The notes beneath the pieces were generated by a model that was given only the letters and a program-made list of their open reading frames with translations, was not told the DNA's origin and did no database searches. Of a DNA stretch of 64,000 bases, positions 29,532 to 38,847 are shown piece after piece. The position numbers and the translations under genes were made by a program. Source of the DNA: Deltaproteobacteria bacterium (GTDB taxonomy: Bacteria; Desulfobacterota; Desulfomonilia; UBA1062). Positions within the stretch are counted from its first letter, which is position 1. Each line of letters opens with the position of its first letter. Location of the stretch: positions 20,479 through 84,478 of the forward strand of contig JAHDQN010000034.1 of assembly GCA_018433775.1 (NCBI GenBank), read 5' to 3'.

Positions 29532-31256
29532 TTACATAACCTTACCCTGAATAAACTCCGCCAGGGGGTTGCCGTAGATTGAAAAGAACATACTTTCTTC
29601 GGCATGGTCCCTGACTTTTTGGTAGCTTTCCAGCAGGCTCACGATCGTGTTTGAGACATTGTATTCCATCACCGCGTACGGGTTATCCTTGGACACCGGC
29701 CAGCGATTCTCTTCAACAAGTCCCCTTGCATATTTGAAGGAGAGCATGAATGGGTTCAGCCAGTCGGAAAAAACATACTTGCTTACCCTGAGAGGGTGGA
29801 GATCCTTCAGAAAATCCGCTATGTCTTCATTCACGAACATGGCTACCCACGGGCTGATAAACGTATTATAAAACATGCTGTTCATTTCAGAAACATACTT
29901 GGCACGCGAGAAATCAGCGGTCTCTTCCCTGATCTCCTCCCGGCCTTCGTTCAATGCGGCAATATCTGCGATGTCCCGCGGCTCAAACCGGGTGTCGTAA
30001 TCCGATATCCCTTCCTTCTTCCCCTTGTCGATAATGATCATCTCATACAGGCCGGGAGACAGTCTGTTTATCAGATCAATGTTCTTGATGATCTCCCTGT
30101 GTTCTTTTTTCCCGGTCTTGGTCCCGACAAAGATGCCCAGGTGGCCCACCCGCTGGTCAATCATGTAGACGATTACCCTTTTCTGCTTTTTGATCTCATC
30201 CACTGACCGGTATTCCTTGATGATCCAATCGAGGGCCTGCTGGGGCGGTGTAATATTGTCTCCTTCGGAGCAGAAGAGCACCAGTGGTTTGGTGATGTTT
30301 TTCAGGTTCAGGATCTTCTTTCTGTCCAGCTTAAGCTTTCCCTGCTCGAGTTCATCACCCACAAACAGTTCCGCCAGGATGGCATGGATCTCCTCTTTGG
30401 TCATCTCGGAATAGCCGTCCCACCATTTCTCGAAGTTCAAGTATCGGTCCTCCTCGGTATCCACGTGCGAGTAGAGATAATACTGCTTTGTCCACAGGGT
30501 ATTTGCCGGATGAACGGATTCGAAATTCTCCTCGAGCCATGCACCGTCGAACTTGCCGTTGCCGAGGTCGGACAGGAAATCGGCAATCCAGACACCTCCG
30601 AGAAGCCCCCCGAGATACCGAAGCGGGTTCCTGCCCTCAACCCCGGACCAGTAGGACAGGGGCGTTCCGTTGAGCACGAGCGGCCCTGTCAGATCCGGAC
30701 GGTCCGCGCCGAGAAGTGCCACCGCCCAACCTGCCTGACAGTTGCCAATGACCGCCGGTTTCTCTGCATGCGGATGCAGTGTGGCAACCTCCTGTATAAA
30801 AAACTCCTGCGCCCTTTCCACATCCTCTAAGGTTTGTCCTGGCACGGGCTCGGGATGAAAGAGGATGAAGTAGACCGGGTGCCCCTGCTCCAGGGCATCA
30901 CCGATCTCGGAATCCTGTTTGAACCCGCCGATGCCCGGGCCGTTTCCCGCCCGGGGGTCGATCACCACGATGGGGCGCTTCGTCGGATCGATCGTTTGCG
31001 ATCTGCTCGGAGTTATTCTGGACAGATCATAATTTACGGGCCTCTCGAGGTCTGTTCCGCTGTGTATGACCTGATAGCCGAAGATGAGAACCGGCGGCTC
31101 ACCCTGCCGGATCGTCTGGAAAAAATTATCCCCCCGCTTTCTCAAGATGTCCAGGAAAATGATTGATCGCTGAACCGCATCCGTCAGATACTCACCGGCA
31201 TCTTTCACGAGATCTGTTACCTTCAGTGTTTTTAGCAAGATATCGTTATTCTCCAT
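29532..31256 (-). CDS. DUF3141 family protein (alpha/beta-hydrolase, PHA-synthase-related)
   Basis: 574 aa. RPIVVIDPRAGNGPGIGGFK, VIGNCQAGWAVALL (a lipase-box-like GxCxG), and a C-terminal helical domain. Visibly lower GC than the surrounding genes. Confidence 0.7.
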   Translation of the reverse strand: MENNDILLKTLKVTDLVKDAGEYLTDAVQRSIIFLDILRKRGDNFFQTIRQGEPPVLIFGYQVIHSGTDLERPVNYDLSRITPSRSQTIDPTKRPIVVIDPRAGNGPGIGGFKQDSEIGDALEQGHPVYFILFHPEPVPGQTLEDVERAQEFFIQEVATLHPHAEKPAVIGNCQAGWAVALLGADRPDLTGPLVLNGTPLSYWSGVEGRNPLRYLGGLLGGVWIADFLSDLGNGKFDGAWLEENFESVHPANTLWTKQYYLYSHVDTEEDRYLNFEKWWDGYSEMTKEEIHAILAELFVGDELEQGKLKLDRKKILNLKNITKPLVLFCSEGDNITPPQQALDWIIKEYRSVDEIKKQKRVIVYMIDQRVGHLGIFVGTKTGKKEHREIIKNIDLINRLSPGLYEMIIIDKGKKEGISDYDTRFEPRDIADIAALNEGREEIREETADFSRAKYVSEMNSMFYNTFISPWVAMFVNEDIADFLKDLHPLRVSKYVFSDWLNPFMLSFKYARGLVEENRWPVSKDNPYAVMEYNVSNTIVSLLESYQKVRDHAEESMFFSIYGNPLAEFIQGKVM

Positions 31257-31315
31257 AACTTATCCTCTCTTGTCTGGTAGGATCATGTACTGACTTCGCA
31301 TCTCATCCGACAGGC

Positions 31316-32248
31316 TCATACCGGCCTTCCAGCCTCCTGCTTTTCCCTGCGATGATTCACCAGGCTTGCAACAGCGCATGAGATTATCCGGGCACTGGGA
31401 GGATCGGACCTCGAGGTGAGGATGATCGGCGCCCTTACCCCCACAACGAAGCCCCCCATCCTGGCTTGGGCCAGATACTCCAGGTCTTTGCCAAGAATAT
31501 TGCCCGAGACCAGATCCGGCACGATCAGGATGTCCACATCCCCCGAAACCCTGCTTTTAATGCCTTTCACCTCGGCCGCCTCTGCCGAGATGGCGTTGTC
31601 AAAAGCCAGGGGTCCATCCACGACAGCGCCTGTGATCTGCCCCCGGTCCGACATTTTGGCCAGGCAGGCGGCGTCTATGGTGGAAGGAATTGCAGGGTTT
31701 ACATCTTCCAGGGCAGACAGGACGGCTACCTTGGGCTCTTCCACCCCAATCACCCTGCACATGTCAACCGCGTTCTGGGTGATATGCATCTTTGTGATCA
31801 GGTCGGGAGCAATGTTGACAGCGGCATCAGTAATATAGAGCAGCTTTGGGTACGTCTTGATATCGGCCAAGTATACATGCGAGACGCGCCTATTGCCCTG
31901 TAGATGGGCGGCGAGGATGGGATGGAGAAATCCAGCCGTATGGATATGGCCCTTCATGAGGGCCTTTACCGCACCCTTCTCAATGAGCTGAACGCCTTCC
32001 CTTGCCATTTCCGCATCTGTCGGGGCATGGATTATCGAATATTCTTTCCGACACTTCGTGGATTCAAGGAGATGATGAATGATCGATTCATCCCCGATCA
32101 GAACGGGATCGATAAATCCCGCGTCCGCTGCCTGGCAGGCCCCCTCGATTACATGCCGTTCATCGGCGTTGATGACGGCGACCGGCATGGCCTGCAGCTT
32201 ACTCGCCGCTTCAAGGACATCTTCGAAACTTCTGAACTCAATGCTCAT
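31316..32248 (-). CDS. Phosphate acetyl/butyryltransferase (short PTA_PTB family)
   Basis: About 310 aa. AMPVAVINADERHVIEGA, ALMKGHIHT, VYLADIKTYPKLLYITDAAVN, ILIVPDLVSGNILGK. Start at ATG 32248 overlaps the ack stop by 11 nt. Confidence 0.8.
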   Translation of the reverse strand: MSIEFRSFEDVLEAASKLQAMPVAVINADERHVIEGACQAADAGFIDPVLIGDESIIHHLLESTKCRKEYSIIHAPTDAEMAREGVQLIEKGAVKALMKGHIHTAGFLHPILAAHLQGNRRVSHVYLADIKTYPKLLYITDAAVNIAPDLITKMHITQNAVDMCRVIGVEEPKVAVLSALEDVNPAIPSTIDAACLAKMSDRGQITGAVVDGPLAFDNAISAEAAEVKGIKSRVSGDVDILIVPDLVSGNILGKDLEYLAQARMGGFVVGVRAPIILTSRSDPPSARIISCAVASLVNHRREKQEAGRPV

Positions 32249-33431
32249 GCTCTTTCCCCTTTGCTCCCCCGAAGAGCAGCTCCCTGGTATGCCGCGCAAT
32301 CAGGAGATCTTCGTTTGTACGGACCACCCGCACGATGCAGGGGGTGTCATCCAGTGAAATGATGCCCGCGTGGGCATCGTTTTTGTCCGGATCGAGCTGT
32401 ACTCCCAGATAGTCGAGCCCATGGCAGATCATCCATCGGACAGGGGCCGCCCGTTCGCCTATGCCTCCCGTGAACACGAGCACATCCAGGCCGTTCAGGA
32501 CCGCTGAGAGCGTGCCGATAAACTTACGCGCAGTGTAGCAGAACAGCTCGATCGCCTCGGCTGCATGTGGTTCAGAGTCCCGCTTGTCCAGCAGGGTTTT
32601 CATATCGGGGCTGATCCCTGAAACCCCGAGAAGACCTGTCTGCTCATTGAGGAAAAGATCGAGCCGATGTGCGTCATAGCCTTTCTCATTCATGAGATAG
32701 ATGAGGAAGCCAGGGTCGAGGTCCCCGCACCTCGTACCCATCATTAGCCCTCCCACTGCGGAAAATGACATTGTGGTATCTTGGGGGGCACCGTTTATCA
32801 GTGCCGCCATGCTGGCGCCATTGCCCAGATGCGCAATGATGGATTTCCCGGCCAATGCGTTGCCCAGGGTGCTGACGATATACTCATACGAGAGCCCGTG
32901 AAACCCGTACCGGTGTACGCCCTCATGCCGAAGGCTGCGCGTGAGGGGAACCCACTTGGCTATCTCGGGCATGCTGCAGTGGAACGCGGTATCGAAGCAG
33001 GCAACCTGCCCGAGACCGGGATAGTGGGCGGCAACCGCCTCAATGCCCTTGATCTCGGGCGGGATGTGCAGCGGTGCCCTGGGAATGAACCTTCTCAAAT
33101 CAAGCAGCAGCCCGGGTGTGACTATCTCAGGGGCGTAGCGGTCCGGGCCCCCGAAGGCCACCCGCTGGCCGACACCGTCCGGGGCAGGGAGATGGTGCTC
33201 ATCTAATGCAGTGGTGAACATGGCCTTCACAGCCGACATGTGGTCTGGGAAATCGGTGTGCTTGTCCACCACGCGACTTCCTTTCCCGTCCCTGATCCAG
33301 AGCCAGCCTCCCGGCAACCCGATTCGCTCTACCTCCCCCTCGACAACCAGCTCCTCTGTTTCCGCTAGAAGGTAGAGGGCGAACTTCATGGAAGAGGAGC
33401 CGCTGTTGATACAGAGAATATGATGTTTCAC
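32238..33431 (-). CDS. ackA: Acetate/propionate kinase family
   Basis: ILCINSGSSSMKFALY, RYGFHGLSYEY, IIAHLGNGASMAA, FTGGIGERA. GTG start preceded by GGGAGGG. Confidence 0.85.
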   Translation of the reverse strand: MKHHILCINSGSSSMKFALYLLAETEELVVEGEVERIGLPGGWLWIRDGKGSRVVDKHTDFPDHMSAVKAMFTTALDEHHLPAPDGVGQRVAFGGPDRYAPEIVTPGLLLDLRRFIPRAPLHIPPEIKGIEAVAAHYPGLGQVACFDTAFHCSMPEIAKWVPLTRSLRHEGVHRYGFHGLSYEYIVSTLGNALAGKSIIAHLGNGASMAALINGAPQDTTMSFSAVGGLMMGTRCGDLDPGFLIYLMNEKGYDAHRLDLFLNEQTGLLGVSGISPDMKTLLDKRDSEPHAAEAIELFCYTARKFIGTLSAVLNGLDVLVFTGGIGERAAPVRWMICHGLDYLGVQLDPDKNDAHAGIISLDDTPCIVRVVRTNEDLLIARHTRELLFGGAKGKEHEH

Positions 33432-33490
33432 TTAGAAACCCTCCCGGTTCTATTACAGCCCCATTGATCACTCCATTGACACGGTCGGTG

Positions 33491-35980
33491 TTATCCCCTT
33501 GCCAGCGCTGCAGCATCAATCGATTTCCTTGCCGAAGGCAGGACAATTTTGGTCGGATTGAAAATCCGGTACGCGACGAGCTTTACCCGGTCGTTCACGA
33601 GAAACCACGCCAGGGCATAGACCCAGATAAGAATCGCCCATTTCCAGCCGATGGGAACCATGAACCATCCGTAAACCGCGGCTATGGTCGCCAGCACCTT
33701 TGTGATCACCGCCGACCAAAACAGCAACGGCGCTGGGCGGATAGACCAGAACGGACCGCGCGTGCGTGTCAGGAAGATCGTCAGATGACCGGCCACCGCA
33801 AGCTTGAGAAATATGAATGTCTGGATCGTGTTCCGGCTAAGATGGAAGGTTTGCTCGCCAAGGTAAAACAGGCCGAAGGTGGCGATCACGCCGGCGATGC
33901 CCAGCACGGTGGATATCCCCAGGACAAGCTGCATGTTCCACGCCTCGGGCCGGTTTGCATAGTGCACGTTGTCGTAGGCGATGGCGAGAATCGGGGCGTC
34001 GTTTATCAGGACCAGGAGGACAATCATCACCGCAGTCACGGGATAGAAGTTGAATACCAGGATTGAGAATGTCATGAACAGCAGCACGCGGATGGTTTCC
34101 GCAATGCGGTAGATCGCGTAGCTGTTCATCCGCTGAAATGCCTTGCGGCTTTCTTTGATGGCATCGATGATCACGGACAGACCCGGACTCATCAGCACCA
34201 CGTCGGCCGCCGCGCGGGCTGCATCCGTAGCGCCCGACACGGCGATACCGGCATCCGCCTTCTTCAGCGCGGGTGCGTCGTTCACCCCGTCGCCGGTCAT
34301 GCCCACAATGTGCCCGCGCTGCTGAAGGACATTCACGATATGGAACTTGTGCTCGGGGAAAACCTGGGCAAAGCCGTCCGCTTTCTCGATGGACTCAGCC
34401 AGCCGTGCGGCCTCGTGATGCTTCGTATCGCCGAAGCCGCTTGCTTCGAGGATATTTATACCCAGCCCCAGTTTCTTGGCTGTCTCCCGGGCGATGGCCA
34501 TCTGATCCCCGGTAACCATCTTGACGTTCACGCCCATCTGACTCGCGGTCGCGATCGTTGCCCTGGAGTCCTCACGGGGCGGATCGAACAGCGGGATCAC
34601 GCCCAGGAACCTCCATTGCCCCTTATCGTCCGTACGTGCAACGCCCAGGGAACGGTAACCCCGAACCGCGAATTCATCGACCGTCTTCTCGACAAGGGTT
34701 TTTATCTCTCCGATATCGGATGACAGGGCCAGGATCACCTGCGGGGCGCCTTTGGTTACCTTGAATTCCATCCCGGCCTTGGACCTGATGTCCGCCTCGG
34801 TGCGTTTATGGACCGGATCGAAGGGCTGAAAACGCACCACATCGAAGTCCTTCAGCACCTCCTCATCCTTCAGCCCTCCCAGGACGGCCATGTCGATGGC
34901 ATCCTGGTTCTCGGCGAGTGATGCCAGGGCCGCACTCAGAATGACCTGATCGGCTGGTACGCCGCCAATGCTCATCACCTCGCCCATGGTCAGCTTGTTC
35001 TGCGTCAGGGTACCTGTCTTGTCCGAGCACAGAATGTCCATGCCCGCAAGCTCCTCGATGGATGCCAACCGGCTGACAATGGCCTGTTTTGCGGCAAGCA
35101 CCCGCGAGCCCACGGCCATGGTGACGGTCAGTACTGTGGGCATGGCTACCGGAATCGCAGCAACGGTCAGCACGAGGGCGAATTGCAGGGTCGTTACGAA
35201 CGGATCGCCACGGAACAGTGCCACGGTCAGGATCAGGGCCACCAGAACCACCGCCAGCACGATGAGGTAGTCGCCGATCTTCAGGACCGCTTTCTGAAAA
35301 TGGCTGACGGTGTGGGCTTCCTGCACCATCTGCGCGGTCTTTCCGAAAAAGGTATGCGTACCCGTGGCATATACCATGGCCTCCATTTCACCCTGCCGGA
35401 TTATGGACCCTGAGAATACCGCATCGCCTGATGTGCGCGTCACGGGAAGAGACTCTCCCGTCAGCGCCGACTGATCCACCTCCATGGGCTCGCCATCGAG
35501 CAGACGGGCATCGGCCGGCACGACATCGCCGAGACGAAGGCGGATGACGTCACCGGGCACCAGCCCACGCGCTTCCAGGGTGGTCCATTTCCCGTCCCGC
35601 CGGACCCTGGACTTGAGTGCCAGCCGAGCCTTGAGCGCGGCGACGGCGTTGCCCGCCTGGTATTCCTCCCAGAAACCGACTGTGGCATTGGCCACGAGGA
35701 GCACGAGGATGATGAGAAAATCCGACCAGTGCCGCACTATCGCCGAGAGAACCACCGCGACCTCGATCATCCACGGGATCGGACCCCAGAAATAGGAGAG
35801 GAATTTAAGCAGGGGGTTGACCTTCTTTTCGGCAATCTCGTTCGGCCCGTAGCGTTCCAGCCGGCCCCGGGCATCGGCCTGGGACAGACCCTCCTTCGAC
35901 GATCCCAGCTTCTCATACAGCTCGGGCAGAGCCAGGGACTTGAGATCGTCCCCTGTTCCTGACTTATTGCCTGATTTCAT
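33491..35980 (-). CDS. P3A-type plasma-membrane H+-ATPase-like P-type ATPase
   Basis: GLSQADARGRLERYGPNEI, AAIPVAMPTVLTVTMAVGSRVLA, CSDKTGTLTQNKLT, MTGDGVNDAPALKKADAGIAV, and TM6 LINDAPILAIAYD (acceptor Asp conserved). ATG 35980 is preceded by AAGGAGA. Confidence 0.85.
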   Translation of the reverse strand: MKSGNKSGTGDDLKSLALPELYEKLGSSKEGLSQADARGRLERYGPNEIAEKKVNPLLKFLSYFWGPIPWMIEVAVVLSAIVRHWSDFLIILVLLVANATVGFWEEYQAGNAVAALKARLALKSRVRRDGKWTTLEARGLVPGDVIRLRLGDVVPADARLLDGEPMEVDQSALTGESLPVTRTSGDAVFSGSIIRQGEMEAMVYATGTHTFFGKTAQMVQEAHTVSHFQKAVLKIGDYLIVLAVVLVALILTVALFRGDPFVTTLQFALVLTVAAIPVAMPTVLTVTMAVGSRVLAAKQAIVSRLASIEELAGMDILCSDKTGTLTQNKLTMGEVMSIGGVPADQVILSAALASLAENQDAIDMAVLGGLKDEEVLKDFDVVRFQPFDPVHKRTEADIRSKAGMEFKVTKGAPQVILALSSDIGEIKTLVEKTVDEFAVRGYRSLGVARTDDKGQWRFLGVIPLFDPPREDSRATIATASQMGVNVKMVTGDQMAIARETAKKLGLGINILEASGFGDTKHHEAARLAESIEKADGFAQVFPEHKFHIVNVLQQRGHIVGMTGDGVNDAPALKKADAGIAVSGATDAARAAADVVLMSPGLSVIIDAIKESRKAFQRMNSYAIYRIAETIRVLLFMTFSILVFNFYPVTAVMIVLLVLINDAPILAIAYDNVHYANRPEAWNMQLVLGISTVLGIAGVIATFGLFYLGEQTFHLSRNTIQTFIFLKLAVAGHLTIFLTRTRGPFWSIRPAPLLFWSAVITKVLATIAAVYGWFMVPIGWKWAILIWVYALAWFLVNDRVKLVAYRIFNPTKIVLPSARKSIDAAALARG

Positions 35981-36085
35981 GAGCGCTCTCCTTTTGATGG
36001 TAAAGCCTGGACAGATTGGTGACATAATTATAAATAAGATCTCAAGGTCCGAATCCAATGTTTTGCGAGGCCGTATCCGTCCCGA

Positions 36086-38608
36086 TCAGAAATTCACGAG
36101 CCGATAGAATATCCTCTTCATTGCCTCCGCCAAGATTACGTAGGTGATGACGATGAGGAACAACCAGAACAGGAATGAGGCTGGGACGGGTATAAATCCA
36201 ATCAGGTGGGCCATAGGGCTCATGGGTATGATCACGGCTGCGGCCACTACCGAAAGCGTGGCCAGGAGGAGCTTTGTGCTCGCCCTGCTTCTGAAAAAGG
36301 CCCTTCTCGTCCTGATCACGAGCACGATGAGCGAGGCCGAAGCGACCGACTCTATGAACCAGCCCGACCTGAACAGCGCGGCATTGGCATGGAGCAGAAA
36401 CAGCAATACGCCGAAGGTGCAGTAGTCGAACACGGAGCTCAAGCCCCCGAACACGAGCATGAACGTCCGGATGAATTTTATGTCCCATCGGTGGGGCCTT
36501 TCGATCATGACATCATCGACCGTATCCGTTGCAATGGTCATCTCCGGGAGGTCGGTCAGCAGGTTCGTGAGGAGTATCTGCTTGGGGAGCAGCGGCAGAA
36601 AGGGCAGGAACAGGGATGCGCCTGCCATGCTGAACATGTTCCCGAAATTGGCGCTGGTCGCCATAAAGACGTATTTCAGGGTGTTCGCGAATGTCCTTCT
36701 GCCCTCCGCTACCCCCTGGACGAGCACCCCGAGGTCCTTTTCGAGGAGAACGATCTCGGCCGTCTCCTTGGCGACGTCGGCTGCCGTGTCCACCGATATC
36801 CCGACGTCTGCGGCATGCAGGGCCGGGGCATCGTTGATGCCGTCGCCCATATAGCCGACCACGTTTCCCGCCTTCTTCAGGGAGAGAATGACCTGCTCCT
36901 TCTGACTGGGCTCCACCTCTGCGAATATGTCGGCCCGGGGGATCCTTGACAGGAACGCCCCGCCGCTCATGCCGGCAAACTCGCGCCCCGTGATGATCAC
37001 GGGCTCGGGGAGCCCCATCCGGCGATAGATCGCACGCGCCACCCTGCCGGAATCACCGGTGACGATCTTGGGGGAAACACCAAGGGCTCGAAGCCTGGTG
37101 AGCACCTCCGCGATACCCTGCTTGGGCGGGTCATAGAGGGCAATGGTCCCGAGAAAGGTCATATCTTTTTCATCATCCTTGCTGATTACGGACATAGTGC
37201 CCATATCCCGGAAGGCCACGCCGATGGTACGGAAACCCTGGTCGTTGAGGTCGTCTCCCAGTGCGCGGATCTTCTCCACAGCCTTTCCGATACTGATGGT
37301 TCCTTCGGGCAGGTCTTCCGCCCCGGAGCATATGTCGATCATCTGCGCGAGAGCCCCCTTGGTCACCATAAAATTGGTGCCACCCCCGGACACAAGAACA
37401 CTCAATCGCTTGCGGGTGAAATCATAGGGCACCTCATCAAGTTTCTTCCAGCCGGTCAGGTCATACCTCTTCGCCTCGATCAGGGCCTTGTCGATGGGGT
37501 TCGTATAGTTCGTCTGGAAAACCGAGTTCAGGTAGGCATGGAACTGGACCCGATCGCTCTGCTTGCCCTCGCGGTCCAGGGAGGATTCGATGCGGATTTT
37601 CCCCTCGGTGATCGTGCCGGTCTTGTCCGAGCACAGGACATTCATGCTACCGAAGTTTTCGATGGAGGGAAGGTGCTTGACGATCACCTCGTGCTCGGCC
37701 ATGATCTTGGCCCCCTGCGCGAGGTTGATGGTGATGATGGCGGGAAGGAGCTGCGGGGTAAGCCCCACGGCGAGCGCCATAGAGAAGAGGAAGGAGTCCA
37801 TGACCGGCCGGTTGAGGTATACGTTGAAGGCAAAGATCATGAGGAGCATGGTGAGCGTGATCTCCAACAGGAGATACCCGAAGTGCCTGATCCCGCGCTC
37901 GAACTCTGTTTCCGCCGGCTTGAGCCTGAGCCTGTCCGATATCTTACCGAACTCGGTGTTCCGACCGGTGCGAACGACAACGGCCTTTCCCGTGCCTGCC
38001 ACGATGTGGGTTCCCATCCACAGGACATTCTTCCTTTCCGCCAGTGGTACGCCGGAAGGAACCGGGCCAGCCGACTTCTCAGCCGGGAAGCTTTCCCCGG
38101 TGAGCATGGCTTCATCGGCATGAATATCCTTGGATTCAAGAATCACACAATCGGCAGGGATCATATCTCCCGCCTTGAGGATGGTGATATCGCCGGGCAC
38201 CACCTCGCTTATCTCCACCTCCTGCAATAAGCCGTTTCGGAGGAGGGTGCAGCGGACCCGGACTATCGCCGTCAGCTTCTCCATTGCGTTGGCGGCCCCC
38301 CTCTCCTGGATGAAGCCAAGCACTGCGCTGACCATGATAATGGAAAGGATGATCAATGCATCCGTCCGGTCTTGCAGGAAAAAGGAGACGGCCGTTGCAA
38401 AAAGCAGGATAATGACGATGGCATTCTTGAACTGGGAGATGAAGAGCGAAAAGGAGCCTCTTTTCTTTTCCTTTCTGATGGTATTGGGCCCGTAGTCCTC
38501 CAGTCTTTTCCGTGCCTCGTCGCTTGTCAGGCCGCCCTCCCCCGTGCTCAGCAAATTGAGGAGATCATGGGTTCCCATGCTCCAGAAAGGCCTTTGCTCA
38601 TCCGGCAT
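36086..38608 (-). CDS. mgtA: MgtA-like (P3B) magnesium-transporting P-type ATPase
   Basis: LAVGLTPQLLPAIITINLAQGA...VIVKHLPSIENFGSMNVLCSDKTGTIT closely parallels the MgtA TM4/phosphorylation region. Also has GDGINDAPALHAADVGISV. RBS AAGGAG. Confidence 0.8.
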   Translation of the reverse strand: MPDEQRPFWSMGTHDLLNLLSTGEGGLTSDEARKRLEDYGPNTIRKEKKRGSFSLFISQFKNAIVIILLFATAVSFFLQDRTDALIILSIIMVSAVLGFIQERGAANAMEKLTAIVRVRCTLLRNGLLQEVEISEVVPGDITILKAGDMIPADCVILESKDIHADEAMLTGESFPAEKSAGPVPSGVPLAERKNVLWMGTHIVAGTGKAVVVRTGRNTEFGKISDRLRLKPAETEFERGIRHFGYLLLEITLTMLLMIFAFNVYLNRPVMDSFLFSMALAVGLTPQLLPAIITINLAQGAKIMAEHEVIVKHLPSIENFGSMNVLCSDKTGTITEGKIRIESSLDREGKQSDRVQFHAYLNSVFQTNYTNPIDKALIEAKRYDLTGWKKLDEVPYDFTRKRLSVLVSGGGTNFMVTKGALAQMIDICSGAEDLPEGTISIGKAVEKIRALGDDLNDQGFRTIGVAFRDMGTMSVISKDDEKDMTFLGTIALYDPPKQGIAEVLTRLRALGVSPKIVTGDSGRVARAIYRRMGLPEPVIITGREFAGMSGGAFLSRIPRADIFAEVEPSQKEQVILSLKKAGNVVGYMGDGINDAPALHAADVGISVDTAADVAKETAEIVLLEKDLGVLVQGVAEGRRTFANTLKYVFMATSANFGNMFSMAGASLFLPFLPLLPKQILLTNLLTDLPEMTIATDTVDDVMIERPHRWDIKFIRTFMLVFGGLSSVFDYCTFGVLLFLLHANAALFRSGWFIESVASASLIVLVIRTRRAFFRSRASTKLLLATLSVVAAAVIIPMSPMAHLIGFIPVPASFLFWLFLIVITYVILAEAMKRIFYRLVNF

Positions 38609-38847
38609 GACCGCTCCTTGCCCGTCCGCCCCTGCGCCTTGACAGCATTTGCTGCATAGTCATTGATGCACACGGTGGGGAGCTGAACCAGGGTGCCCTT
38701 GACCTTGTAGACGGTCCAAGGTGCCGGCTCACTTCCACCGGAGCCTCCAGCATGCTCATATAGAAGGACGACAGGGTTCTCAGCACGGATCCACATCCAA
38801 GGCGCCATCATCCCGTTTCCAGGCCGCGGGTTTCCGGGGATTCCCAG

